From Candidatus Nanohaloarchaea archaeon (GTDB taxonomy: Archaea > Nanohalarchaeota > Nanosalinia > Nanosalinales > Nanosalinaceae), in assembly GCA_046497485.1 (NCBI GenBank), contig JAWOFP010000056.1, positions 1 through 38,061 on the forward strand: DNA of 38,061 bases, read 5' to 3'. Below are positions 8,965 through 17,384 of this stretch, piece after piece (the stretch's first letter is position 1; every line of letters starts with the position of its first letter). The notes beneath the pieces are model-generated. The model was not told the origin of the DNA, did not search any database, and worked only from the letters and a program-made list of their open reading frames with translations. A program made the translations under genes and the position numbers.

Positions 8965-9110
8965 TGGACCCTTGGGGATTTGAACCCCAGGCCTCCTGCT
9001 ATTCCGCTATTTTCCGAAAGCAGTTAAACAATGCGAATGCCGCATTTGATGATCGAACTTTCAGAAGTTCGTTGCGAAGCAGGCGTTCTGCCGGACTGAA
9101 CTAAGAGCCC
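8965..9110 (-). tRNA. tRNA-Ala(CGC) with 72-nt intron at 37/38 (intron 9001-9072)
   Basis: Acceptor stem GGGCTCT/AGGGTCC with the G3:U70 Ala determinant; anticodon stem CCTGC/GCAGG, loop TT-CGC-A; BHB central helix TTCG/CGGA; T-loop TTCAAAT. Confidence 0.9.
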
Positions 9111-9146
9111 TAAAATAAAACAAATATTGAAGATTTAAGAGAGGCC

Positions 9147-10115
9147 TCAATTAACAATGTTAATTTTGAAACCGGAGCCAACTCTTTCATTATGCTCTTC
9201 TATAGCTTTCTTCAATCTTTCTGACTTTTCTGAGGACTTAACTTTTTCTCCATTTTCAAGGAATGGCGGATCAACTGCTCGGGCCTTAGTACTTCCATCA
9301 ATGTCTGGGTCTTCCACACCAGTCTCAATTTCAAGGCCTTCATCTAATAACTTGAATTTCATCTGGATTTCTTCACATTCAATCCCTCTTAGTTTCTCCA
9401 TAAGCTCTCTGTCAGTCGTGAATAGATCCTCTTCACTGATTTGATTAAGTTCTAAGGCCTTTCTAATTATATCTGCGAACAGTTCATATATCGCCACTTC
9501 TTTTGGACTGGCATAAACTGTTGAGTCTAGCTCTATGAATCTCATTCCGAACTCTTCAGCTGTTTCAAATTCCTCAAACACAAACTCTCCTTCTTCTACA
9601 GTTAGGCCTTCAATAAATTTCTCCATGTCATATCCTTTGTGAGATTTGAGATCTCTCATTGAATAGTCCAGTCTATCAGCACATAATTTAGGCAGGTCTC
9701 TTTCAAGAAGCCCGAAGTTTGACTCATCTAAAATATATTCAATATCATATCCATGTTTTTCCAGTATTTCCGGGATTTCAGAGTCATATACCATTTCATC
9801 TAAAAACTTCTCATGATATTCATGTCCTTCGTCCTCAAACACGAAATCCGCAACATGAGAGAATGCTGTATGCGGCACATCATGTAACAGACCTGCTATC
9901 TGCTCTTCAATAGACGCATTAAATCTTCTGAGAAGAAGCAATACCCCAATTGAATGTTCGTATCTAGTAGTATATGGTTTCCAGTCCAAGAAAAAAGGCG
10001 ATGGACCGGCTTGATGAACACCTTTCAACCTTTGGACAGGCCTTGATTCAATTAGTTCAATTAGGACTTTTTCCTCTAGTTCGCGGGTTCCATGGACAGG
10101 ATCTTCGATCTCCAT
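9147..10115 (-). CDS. HD-domain phosphohydrolase (dNTPase-like)
   Basis: DPVHG, VQRLKGVHQ, TRYEHSIG, GLLHDVPHTAFSH, ADRLDY. Confidence 0.9.
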   Translation of the reverse strand: MEIEDPVHGTRELEEKVLIELIESRPVQRLKGVHQAGPSPFFLDWKPYTTRYEHSIGVLLLLRRFNASIEEQIAGLLHDVPHTAFSHVADFVFEDEGHEYHEKFLDEMVYDSEIPEILEKHGYDIEYILDESNFGLLERDLPKLCADRLDYSMRDLKSHKGYDMEKFIEGLTVEEGEFVFEEFETAEEFGMRFIELDSTVYASPKEVAIYELFADIIRKALELNQISEEDLFTTDRELMEKLRGIECEEIQMKFKLLDEGLEIETGVEDPDIDGSTKARAVDPPFLENGEKVKSSEKSERLKKAIEEHNERVGSGFKINIVN

Positions 10116-10195
10116 TAATTTCTGATTGAGGAATTACTGTTTTCTATCCATCGGCATGAACCAAGTTTTTATTCAGAGATATCTCTACTATTTGT

Positions 10196-11779
10196 ATGAG
10201 CAGATCGGTAGCGTACTTTTCGATGGAGATAGGAGTCAAACCTGAGATCAAGACTTACAGTGGAGGCCTAGGTATTTTGGCTGGCGACACTTTGAAGTCC
10301 GCTGCTGATCTAGGAGAGGATTTTACAGCTGTTACTCTGCTTTATAGGGACGGTTACTTTTCTCAGAGGTTTGAGGATGGCTATCAGAAGGAAGAAAACG
10401 ACAACTGGAACTACTCGGAACTACTGGAAGATACCGGCGAAAGCATAACAATAGAAATATTTGAAGAAGAAGTTGAGGCAAAGATTTGGAAACATACTAT
10501 TGAAAGTAAATCAAATGTTGATATCTATTTCCTGGATACAGGCCTAGAAAAGAACTCTGAAGAAGCTAAGAATTTGACTTCACAGCTTTATGGTGGCGAT
10601 GATAGGACAAGGCTGGGACAGGAAGTATTACTTGGAATTGGCGGGGTTAAAGCCTTAAATCAGCTAGAAATTAATCCAGAGTTTTACCATATGAACGAAG
10701 GTCACTCCGCGCTTTCGACTCTTGAAGCAGATGGAGAGTTCATTTTTACCACACATACTCCAGTGGCTGCTGGTCACGATAAATTCGATAGAGGTCTAGT
10801 GGATGAAGTTTTAGGAAATCGAGCTTCTGATCTTGATATTGAGGATGAATTGAATATGACGGAGCAGGCCTTAAAACATGCTTCTTACTCCAATGCTGTC
10901 TCAAAGAAGCATGAAGAAGTAACAGAACAGATGTTCCCGAACTATGAGTTTGGCTCAGTGACTAACGGGGTTCATTCAGAGAGTTGGACATCAGAAGAGT
11001 TCCAAGATCTCTTCGATAATTATGTTGATGGATGGCGAGATGAATCTGCAAGACTGGGTCAGGCTTTGAAGATTCCTGATAGCGAGATATGGGATGCTAA
11101 GATTAAATCCAAGAAAGAACTTCAGAGACTTGTGAAGGAAAAGAATGGGGGAGAAATAGATCTAGGTTCTCTCACAATCGGCTTTGCACGGAGAATGACT
11201 GGTTACAAGAGGCCTACACTTATTTTCAAGGATCTTGAGTCTCTAGACAAGCTCGGTGAAAAGTATGGAGGCCTCCAACTAGTTTTCGGTGGAAAAGCTC
11301 ATCCAGCCGACACCCAAGGAAAAGAATTGATCCAGAAGATCATTAAGTATGGAGACATGCTTGACCATGTAGATGTATACTTTGTAGAGGATTACTCAAT
11401 AGAGGATTCTCTCACAATGATCGCAGGATCAGATGTCTGGCTAAATACCCCGCATAGAGGTCAAGAGGCCTCAGGTACTTCAGGAATGAAAGCCATGCAT
11501 AATGCAACTCCTCAGCTTTCAGTGCTTGATGGTTGGTGGCTTGAAGGACATATTGAGGATGTCACCGGTTGGAGTATTGGAGAAGACTATGTTGAGGGAG
11601 AAAATGAAGATGAGATCGACTCGAAATCAGTCTACAGGAAACTTGACCACATTATTTCGATGTATGAGAATGAACGGCAGGAATGGCTGGAGATAATGAA
11701 AAACTGCATCGCAATAAATGCAGCATACTTCAACACGGACAGAATGGTGAAGGAATACATCAACGAGGCCTACAAATAA
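10196..11779 (+). CDS. glgP: alpha-glucan (glycogen/starch) phosphorylase
   Basis: AYFSMEIG, YSGGLGILAGD, HMNEGH, FTTHTP, GFARR..YKR, PLP site EASGTSGMKA. Confidence 0.95.
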   Translation: MSRSVAYFSMEIGVKPEIKTYSGGLGILAGDTLKSAADLGEDFTAVTLLYRDGYFSQRFEDGYQKEENDNWNYSELLEDTGESITIEIFEEEVEAKIWKHTIESKSNVDIYFLDTGLEKNSEEAKNLTSQLYGGDDRTRLGQEVLLGIGGVKALNQLEINPEFYHMNEGHSALSTLEADGEFIFTTHTPVAAGHDKFDRGLVDEVLGNRASDLDIEDELNMTEQALKHASYSNAVSKKHEEVTEQMFPNYEFGSVTNGVHSESWTSEEFQDLFDNYVDGWRDESARLGQALKIPDSEIWDAKIKSKKELQRLVKEKNGGEIDLGSLTIGFARRMTGYKRPTLIFKDLESLDKLGEKYGGLQLVFGGKAHPADTQGKELIQKIIKYGDMLDHVDVYFVEDYSIEDSLTMIAGSDVWLNTPHRGQEASGTSGMKAMHNATPQLSVLDGWWLEGHIEDVTGWSIGEDYVEGENEDEIDSKSVYRKLDHIISMYENERQEWLEIMKNCIAINAAYFNTDRMVKEYINEAYK

Positions 11780-11791
11780 GGCCTAAAAGAG

Positions 11792-11865
11792 CGGACCTGA
11801 AGGGATTCGAACCCTCGACTTCAAGGTTAGGAACCTTGCGCTCTGTCCAGCTGAGCTACAGGCCC
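11792..11865 (-). tRNA. tRNA-Arg(CCU)
   Basis: Reverse complement GGGCCTGTAGCTCAGCTGGACAGAGCG CAAGG TT CCT AA CCTTG ...GGTTCGAATCC...CAGGTCCG. Confidence 0.95.
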
Positions 11866-11965
11866 TTTATTGTTGTTATTTCTATTTTCCAACTGAGAAC
11901 ATATAACTCTCTAATGTTTACTACCAGTTAATAATTAAAGATTTCGTTGATATTTTCCAGTTTTA

Positions 11966-12406
11966 ATGACTAGGAATCTTTACCATGGCCGTGGAGAAGA
12001 AGGCCTCAGAAATATTGCTGAAACAGGTTTTATCCAAGGTTCAACAATTGAAGAGGAAGAGGTATTTACTCAGATGTCTCCTGAAATGAATGTCTATGGA
12101 AAAGAGAAAGCTATATGGGTTACTGATAGTAGAGAATGTGCAGAAATTTATGCTTGGGGTGGAGGCTATCTAGAATTAGATCCTACAAATGTTAAGGTTA
12201 TAGAAGACCCTGATTCTTGCTATGGAGTAATAATGCGAGATAAACTTCCAATAGACCATTTTAATCGTATAATGGTTGAAGAACAGGAAGGAGCTAGAGG
12301 TGAACCACAAAAAAACTTAGATATCGAAATAGCAGATCTCCTAGACGAAAAATATAATGACATACGGATAGGCTCATATGAGTCAAAAGATTTTACTGTA
12401 GAATAA
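11966..12406 (+). CDS. hypothetical protein, possible ADP-ribosyltransferase fold
   Basis: LYHG...L..I...G and IWVTDS...A..YA patterns resemble strands 1 and 2 of H-Y-type ART domains. Confidence 0.5.
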   Translation: MTRNLYHGRGEEGLRNIAETGFIQGSTIEEEEVFTQMSPEMNVYGKEKAIWVTDSRECAEIYAWGGGYLELDPTNVKVIEDPDSCYGVIMRDKLPIDHFNRIMVEEQEGARGEPQKNLDIEIADLLDEKYNDIRIGSYESKDFTVE

Positions 12407-12407
12407 C

Positions 12408-12665
12408 TTACTCCTCATCCTTATACTCATCCTCGATCAAGGCCTCAATCTGGTAAGTCTGGGAACATTGTGGATATCCTTCACAGCCCCAGAAGAATCC
12501 GTAGCGGCCTTCCTTGATCTTCATCGGCATACCGCATTCAGGGCAGCCTACATCTTTGGGTTCTTTCTCCCTATGCTCTTGGCACACAGGCTGTCCTGCA
12601 GAATTTTTGGTTGTGGCATTGTTTCCACAGAAGACACATTTTGTCATCTTGGTTTCTGGAGTCAT
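12408..12665 (-). CDS. small double zinc-finger protein with topoisomerase-type C4 zinc ribbon
   Basis: CVFC...CQEH followed by CPECG.PM..KEGRYGFFWGC..YPQC. Confidence 0.8.
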   Translation of the reverse strand: MTPETKMTKCVFCGNNATTKNSAGQPVCQEHREKEPKDVGCPECGMPMKIKEGRYGFFWGCEGYPQCSQTYQIEALIEDEYKDEE

Positions 12666-12715
12666 TATAGAAGAAATAAGAGAAAATAAGAATTATATAA
12701 TGAACTTGCAGTCCA

Positions 12716-13306
12716 TTACTTTGTGATGTGGTAGTCTTCCATTACCTCATTAGTGGAGTAACTATCTAAACTGAATGTCTCTGGCTCCAGTCGATCCCAT
12801 GCAAACTTCTCATCACGGCCGTTAAATCTTATCAGTACATCGCCAATCTCGGGCATATCCTTTTGAGTCTCCAGAAGACTTCCATTAAACCGGTCCTCAG
12901 ACTCAATATCTGATCTTTCACCGTAAACCTCTTGAACTTGAGAAACCATCTGAGCTGTTACATCTCTAACCATCTCTGCATAATCGTCCTCAAACTCTCC
13001 CAAGAGATCTCCGCCAGAATCATAACTATCAAAGTTAATATCGGTATCTACATCCAGTATAACATCTGTATGAGGTTCATTACCGTCCTCAGAATCTAGA
13101 TCAATTTGATATCCATTAACTTCTCTGTACTGGCCTTCCAAATCAATGCCTTCACTAAGATCTGAGGATCTATTCTCTATTTCTTGATCTAGTAACTCAG
13201 GTAAAGAAAGTTCTTCCTCTTGAATACCTGAACATCCTGCTACTCCGGCAACTCCAGCAGCCGTTAATCCATTCAACAAACTTCTCCTATTCAATTCTCG
13301 TTCCAT
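12716..13306 (-). CDS. Tat-exported lipoprotein, unknown function
   Basis: NRRSLL twin-arginine motif and VAGC lipobox; very acidic mature part. Confidence 0.75.
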   Translation of the reverse strand: MERELNRRSLLNGLTAAGVAGVAGCSGIQEEELSLPELLDQEIENRSSDLSEGIDLEGQYREVNGYQIDLDSEDGNEPHTDVILDVDTDINFDSYDSGGDLLGEFEDDYAEMVRDVTAQMVSQVQEVYGERSDIESEDRFNGSLLETQKDMPEIGDVLIRFNGRDEKFAWDRLEPETFSLDSYSTNEVMEDYHITK

Positions 13307-13351
13307 AAATTAACTAACTCAAAATTAAAAGTTAAATCTTTAATTGAAATA

Positions 13352-14263
13352 TCAGGATCTTACCTCTTTCACATACTCTGCAGCATTGAGGCCTGCCATA
13401 CATCCTTCTCCGGCAGAAACTACCAGTTGTTGAACCCCTCTATTTGTCACGTCTCCTGCTGCGAACAGGCCTTCTTCAGCCGTTTCCATATCTTCGTCTA
13501 CTTCTATTCTCATAGAATCAGTTCTCTCAACTAGATCAGAAATCTGGGAGTTAGGCTTCGTCCCGATCTCAATAAATGCTCCAGGTACTTCAATATCTTT
13601 CATTTCTCCGTCATGATCTACTTTTAGGCCTTCCATCAAGTTATCGCCGTAAAATTCTTCCACTTCCGCATTTTCTAAGTGGTCAACATTATCCAGGCTT
13701 TTGATTCTTTCAATTGTTATTTCTTCACCAGAGTATCCTTCGCTCCGGTTTATTACATAGATTTTTTCGGCAATATCAGATAGGTAATCGATTGCCTCTG
13801 TTGCAGCATAGCCTGCCCCTATCACTGCGACCTCCTCACCTTGATACAATGGACCGTCGCATACAGCACAGTAACCTACGCCTTTAGAAGCAAACTCTTG
13901 TTCTCCTTCTGCGCCTAGCTTTCTTCTGGAACCGCCTGTCGCAATCACAACACTCAAGGCCTCAAGGGTAGAACCATCCTCCAGCTCGACTACAAAATTA
14001 TCTCCAGGCCTCCTCACATCGACAGCCTTCTGACCCGTAACCTCATCCACATCATAATCTCTCATATGTTCAGTGAATTTCTCCGCCAGTTCAGGACCAG
14101 AAATTGATTTAGTGCCAAGCCAGTTCTCTACCACATCAGTATTGTTTATCTGTCCTCCGTACTCGTCCGCTACCACAGTCACATCGACTCCGGCACGAGA
14201 AGCATAGATTGCAGCACTTTGAGCGGCAGAAGCCCCTCCAATAATAACCAGTTCTCTAGTCAT
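13352..14263 (-). CDS. trxB: thioredoxin reductase (low-Mr type)
   Basis: FAD motif IIGG, VIATG, active site YCAVCDG, GLFAAGD; ATG at 14263 preferred over the upstream TTG. Confidence 0.88.
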   Translation of the reverse strand: MTRELVIIGGASAAQSAAIYASRAGVDVTVVADEYGGQINNTDVVENWLGTKSISGPELAEKFTEHMRDYDVDEVTGQKAVDVRRPGDNFVVELEDGSTLEALSVVIATGGSRRKLGAEGEQEFASKGVGYCAVCDGPLYQGEEVAVIGAGYAATEAIDYLSDIAEKIYVINRSEGYSGEEITIERIKSLDNVDHLENAEVEEFYGDNLMEGLKVDHDGEMKDIEVPGAFIEIGTKPNSQISDLVERTDSMRIEVDEDMETAEEGLFAAGDVTNRGVQQLVVSAGEGCMAGLNAAEYVKEVRS

Positions 14264-14344
14264 AAACAATTCTTTAGGCCTGAATATTCAAAAAGTTCTA
14301 CTTGATTAATTCATTTTCAAAAAAGCCCATAAACATTTTAATTT

Positions 14345-14821
14345 CTAATTCTCTAAATTTTCTGAAATAACTTTCTCTGCATAATCAATAACATCTTCGC
14401 CATCATCCCACCATAATTCTTCTTTGGCTTCTGAAGGCTTCATCCATCTGTATTCTTTATGTTCTGGTTCACCCATCTCAACTTCGCCTCCCTCATACTC
14501 GGCAACGTAAAGCCAAGAATGAACCGGTACATCATCTTCATCATCTTTCGGAATAAGTGCATCAAAAGGGTCTTCTCTCTTGTCAACTATTCTATAGTCT
14601 ACACCTGTTTCTTCGTCAATCTCTCTTTCTACCGCCTCTATATTGGTCTCGCCTTCATCCACACTACCTTTTACAATTTCCCAGCCAGTATCCCAGTCCT
14701 CATTCTCTCTATACAGCATCAAGATCTCTCCATCAGAATTATAGATAGCTGATCTAACTCCCTGATGCACTCTTCTTAACTCTCCTCTAAACTCTTGTTT
14801 TTCGAATCTAGGCTCTGGCAT
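14345..14821 (-). CDS. NUDIX hydrolase
   Basis: Nudix box KGSVDEGETNIEAVEREIDEETG; EH..YRW. Confidence 0.9.
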   Translation of the reverse strand: MPEPRFEKQEFRGELRRVHQGVRSAIYNSDGEILMLYRENEDWDTGWEIVKGSVDEGETNIEAVEREIDEETGVDYRIVDKREDPFDALIPKDDEDDVPVHSWLYVAEYEGGEVEMGEPEHKEYRWMKPSEAKEELWWDDGEDVIDYAEKVISENLEN

Positions 14822-14921
14822 GCAAATATCTTCATTCCAAAAAATTTTATATTTACTGCAAATATTTGAACTAAATTTAGTTAAGTACTAAATCTGCAAT
14901 CAACAAATTACCTTTCAGTTA

Positions 14922-14936
14922 GAAAAGGGTTTATAA
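14922..14936 (+). promoter_or_regulatory. BRE/TATA promoter of tRNA-Gly
   Basis: GAAAAGGG-TTTATAA about 30 nt upstream of the tRNA 5' end at 14967. Confidence 0.6.
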
Positions 14937-14966
14937 TTCCTAGAGGCCTAATCAATTATTACAAAC

Positions 14967-15069
14967 GCGGTGTTGGTCCAGTGGCCCACGACCCCACCTT
15001 GCCAGGCACCATATCTCTGATATGTTGCGTAAAGTGGTGGAGACCGGGGTTCAAATCCCCGACACCGCA
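14967..15069 (+). tRNA. tRNA-Gly(GCC) with 30-nt intron at 37/38 (intron 15005-15034)
   Basis: Acceptor stem GCGGTGT/ACACCGC, anticodon stem CCACC/GGTGG, loop TT-GCC-A; clean BHB (TTGC/GTAA central helix, bulges CAG and AGT, GCA/TGC outer helix). Confidence 0.93.
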
Positions 15070-15071
15070 TT

Positions 15072-15803
15072 TTAATACTTTCTTTTAGGTTTTCTAGGAT
15101 TAATATCTTGGTTAAATCTGTTTACATCATTCCCAGTTATCCTCAGCTTAAACTTTATACTATGATGTTCTTTACCTGGTTTTTCTTCAAATTTATGAGA
15201 TTTTATATCAAGATCATTAAGCACATCATATAAATCATCTCTGAGATATTTACTAGCTGAACTAAATACATATCTTTTGTGTTCAGGACGCCGATAACCA
15301 TCTGTGTCTATTAAACCTCTTGCAAAACCTCTTTTAAAATCCTTTGAACAATTCTTCCCCAATCTAATAGAATATGTCTTATTTTCTGTCCAGTCTAGGC
15401 ATCTATCAAATAAGTTATACAGCGTTTTAGAATTGTATAATAGTTCAACCTTACTTTCCCTATTATCGCAGATAAAAGGAGATTTCCCTAATTTCTCTTT
15501 TAGAAACCTTTCTAATATCTCCCAATATTCTTCCTTATAATTCAAATGAAATTTTATTTTATAATTTCCATTCTTAGTGTAATGATAACTACCGTCACCT
15601 GCAAAAATACCGCACAACTCACCCCTGATCTCTTCGTCTTCAGGTATAACTATTTTATTTTCCTTCTGCTTTTGTCCAACTTCCTTCCTGAAATGATAAT
15701 AAACCGTGGATTTCGGAAGATCCAAAATTTCTTTTATTTGATTTACTGATTCTCCTTCTCTTACAAGCGTTTTTATTTGAGAAATTTCAATCTCTGAAGC
15801 CAT
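15072..15803 (-). CDS. free-standing two-motif LAGLIDADG homing endonuclease with N-terminal HTH
   Basis: LCGIFAGDG and FARGLIDTDG motifs; HTH-like SVNQIKEILDLPKSTVYYH; basic and AT-rich unlike neighbours; ATG 15803 preferred. Confidence 0.85.
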   Translation of the reverse strand: MASEIEISQIKTLVREGESVNQIKEILDLPKSTVYYHFRKEVGQKQKENKIVIPEDEEIRGELCGIFAGDGSYHYTKNGNYKIKFHLNYKEEYWEILERFLKEKLGKSPFICDNRESKVELLYNSKTLYNLFDRCLDWTENKTYSIRLGKNCSKDFKRGFARGLIDTDGYRRPEHKRYVFSSASKYLRDDLYDVLNDLDIKSHKFEEKPGKEHHSIKFKLRITGNDVNRFNQDINPRKPKRKY

Positions 15804-15895
15804 ACATCGTATAATTTTAATTGAAACTTTAAGCTCATTTGGAGAATACCAAAACTCCAACTCTCAAAGTATAAAGTATATTGCCTAAGGAAATA

Positions 15896-16008
15896 GCGGA
15901 CAATGAGAGTGAGGATAGTATACGGCTTGAACGGATAATTTCCAGTGTTTTAATCGTGATATAGCGGTAGCCGATTCAAATCCTGAGTTCAAACCCTGGA
16001 CGCCGCAT
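15896..16008 (+). pseudogene. decayed tRNA-like sequence / degenerate copy of the tRNA-Gly 3' end
   Basis: 15985-16008 GAGTTCAAACCCTGGACGCCGCAT matches 15047-15070 GGGTTCAAATCCCCGACACCGCAT at 19/24. The segment begins GCGG, has a CGGCT/AGCCG stem and a second TTCAAATCC at 15975-15983. Confidence 0.45.
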
Positions 16009-16066
16009 CAATTCAAACATTTGACTCAACCTAAGTTATTAATTTAGATAAAGAGAAAGATTTTCT

Positions 16067-16420
16067 ATGCCCAAGGAAATGATGATTGATAAGAGCGAGG
16101 AAGATGTAGGCCTAGAGAGAAAGATTGCAGGAGCTTTAATCGCGATATGGGGTCTTTTAGGCCTAAGTATTATTTCCTATGAAATCACAGTTCTGCTTAA
16201 TGGTTTTGAAAGCTATACTTTAGCGAGATTTACATTAAATACAGGAATCGTATTCGGAGGCCTTGGCATATTGTTTAACCTTAAAATGGGTTATACCGTG
16301 GCGCTTTTCTTAATCTCTCTGAAGATCGCCATTGACATTGCGTCTTCCAGCTTTATCCAGTTAGCGGTAGATGTAATCTTGTTCTTGGGGATTGTCACAG
16401 CTTATATTTCAAAGGATTAA
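16067..16420 (+). CDS. small integral membrane protein
   Basis: About four hydrophobic segments. Confidence 0.7.
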   Translation: MPKEMMIDKSEEDVGLERKIAGALIAIWGLLGLSIISYEITVLLNGFESYTLARFTLNTGIVFGGLGILFNLKMGYTVALFLISLKIAIDIASSSFIQLAVDVILFLGIVTAYISKD

Positions 16421-17007
16421 ACGTTTTGATTTATCCAGTCTATCTCGTCATCCACTATTCCATGGAATGATCCTTCATAAATTCTTTTCTCGACTTCAGC
16501 GTTTAGGCCTTCAAGTTCTTCAGCAGTTTCATCTACTCGGCTTTTCGGAATATGCGGATCATTTTCACTGCATCCGATAAATACTGGAGTCTCATTTAGA
16601 TCGCCCGAATAATTAAAGTCTGTTCCTTCTGGCCCGATTAGTCCTCCGCTAAGGCCTATAACTGCTTTAAATCTAGCAGGGTTTCTAGCTGCGTACTCCG
16701 TTACTAGGCATGCGCCTTGAGAGAATCCCAGTAAGAAAATGTTTTCTTTTTCAAATCCTTTTGCCTCTAAATCTTCAATACATTCTTCAACTGTCTTCAA
16801 GGCCTGATCAAGTTCAGGCTGATTATCTTCAATCGGGTTTAGAAAGCTGTTTGGGTACCATTCCCTTTTTTCTGCCTGTGGAGCTATATAGTAAATATCG
16901 TTGTTCTCTATCTGGTTTTTCAGGCCTAAAATGCTTTTTGCGGTTGCGCCTCTCCCGTGTATAAGTATTCCGGCGGTTTCTGCGTCTTCGTCTCCGAATG
17001 TTTCCAT
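16417..17007 (-). CDS. phospholipase/carboxylesterase (alpha/beta hydrolase)
   Basis: IHGRG, APQA, nucleophile elbow GFSQG, DPHIP, catalytic His in FHGI. Confidence 0.9.
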   Translation of the reverse strand: METFGDEDAETAGILIHGRGATAKSILGLKNQIENNDIYYIAPQAEKREWYPNSFLNPIEDNQPELDQALKTVEECIEDLEAKGFEKENIFLLGFSQGACLVTEYAARNPARFKAVIGLSGGLIGPEGTDFNYSGDLNETPVFIGCSENDPHIPKSRVDETAEELEGLNAEVEKRIYEGSFHGIVDDEIDWINQNV

Positions 17008-17089
17008 ATTGTATAGCTGTGTTGCGAGTTTTTTATAGAAAAAATAATAGATAGGGAAATATGTAATTCCTTTTAATTTTGTGTGTAAT

Positions 17090-17281
17090 TTATACTTCTA
17101 CGACGTTTGTTGCCTTAGGTCCTCTGTCGCCGTCTTCTTGATCGAATTCGACTTCAGTACCTTCGTCAATTGAATCGCCTTCAATTTCACTAACGTGGAA
17201 GAAAACATCCTCGTCCATATCTTCGGTTTCGATGAAACCAAAGTTACTCTGTGACTTGAATAGCTTAACTGTACCTTTCAT
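17090..17281 (-). CDS. csp: cold-shock domain protein
   Basis: MKGTVK.F....FGFI...DVFFHVS...[19 protein letters not shown] before ATG 17281. Confidence 0.95.
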   Translation of the reverse strand: MKGTVKLFKSQSNFGFIETEDMDEDVFFHVSEIEGDSIDEGTEVEFDQEDGDRGPKATNVVEV

Positions 17282-17384
17282 AAATAAAAACACCTCCTTG
17301 TCTAAGTATACATTTGATGGGTACCTTTATACATGGACCCGGTTACAAAAAGATAACCGCCTCAATATGATATGTGGATTTTAG

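Noticed and set aside
9047..9099. TGATGA and CTGA (C/D box-like) on the + strand across the tRNA-Ala intron
   Set aside because: Antisense to the tRNA transcript with no promoter evidence; probably chance.
8922..9104. 60-aa ORF on the + strand
   Set aside because: Antisense to tRNA-Ala(CGC); a shadow ORF.
11683..11931. 82-aa ORF on the + strand
   Set aside because: Overlaps the glgP end out of frame and is antisense to tRNA-Arg(CCU).
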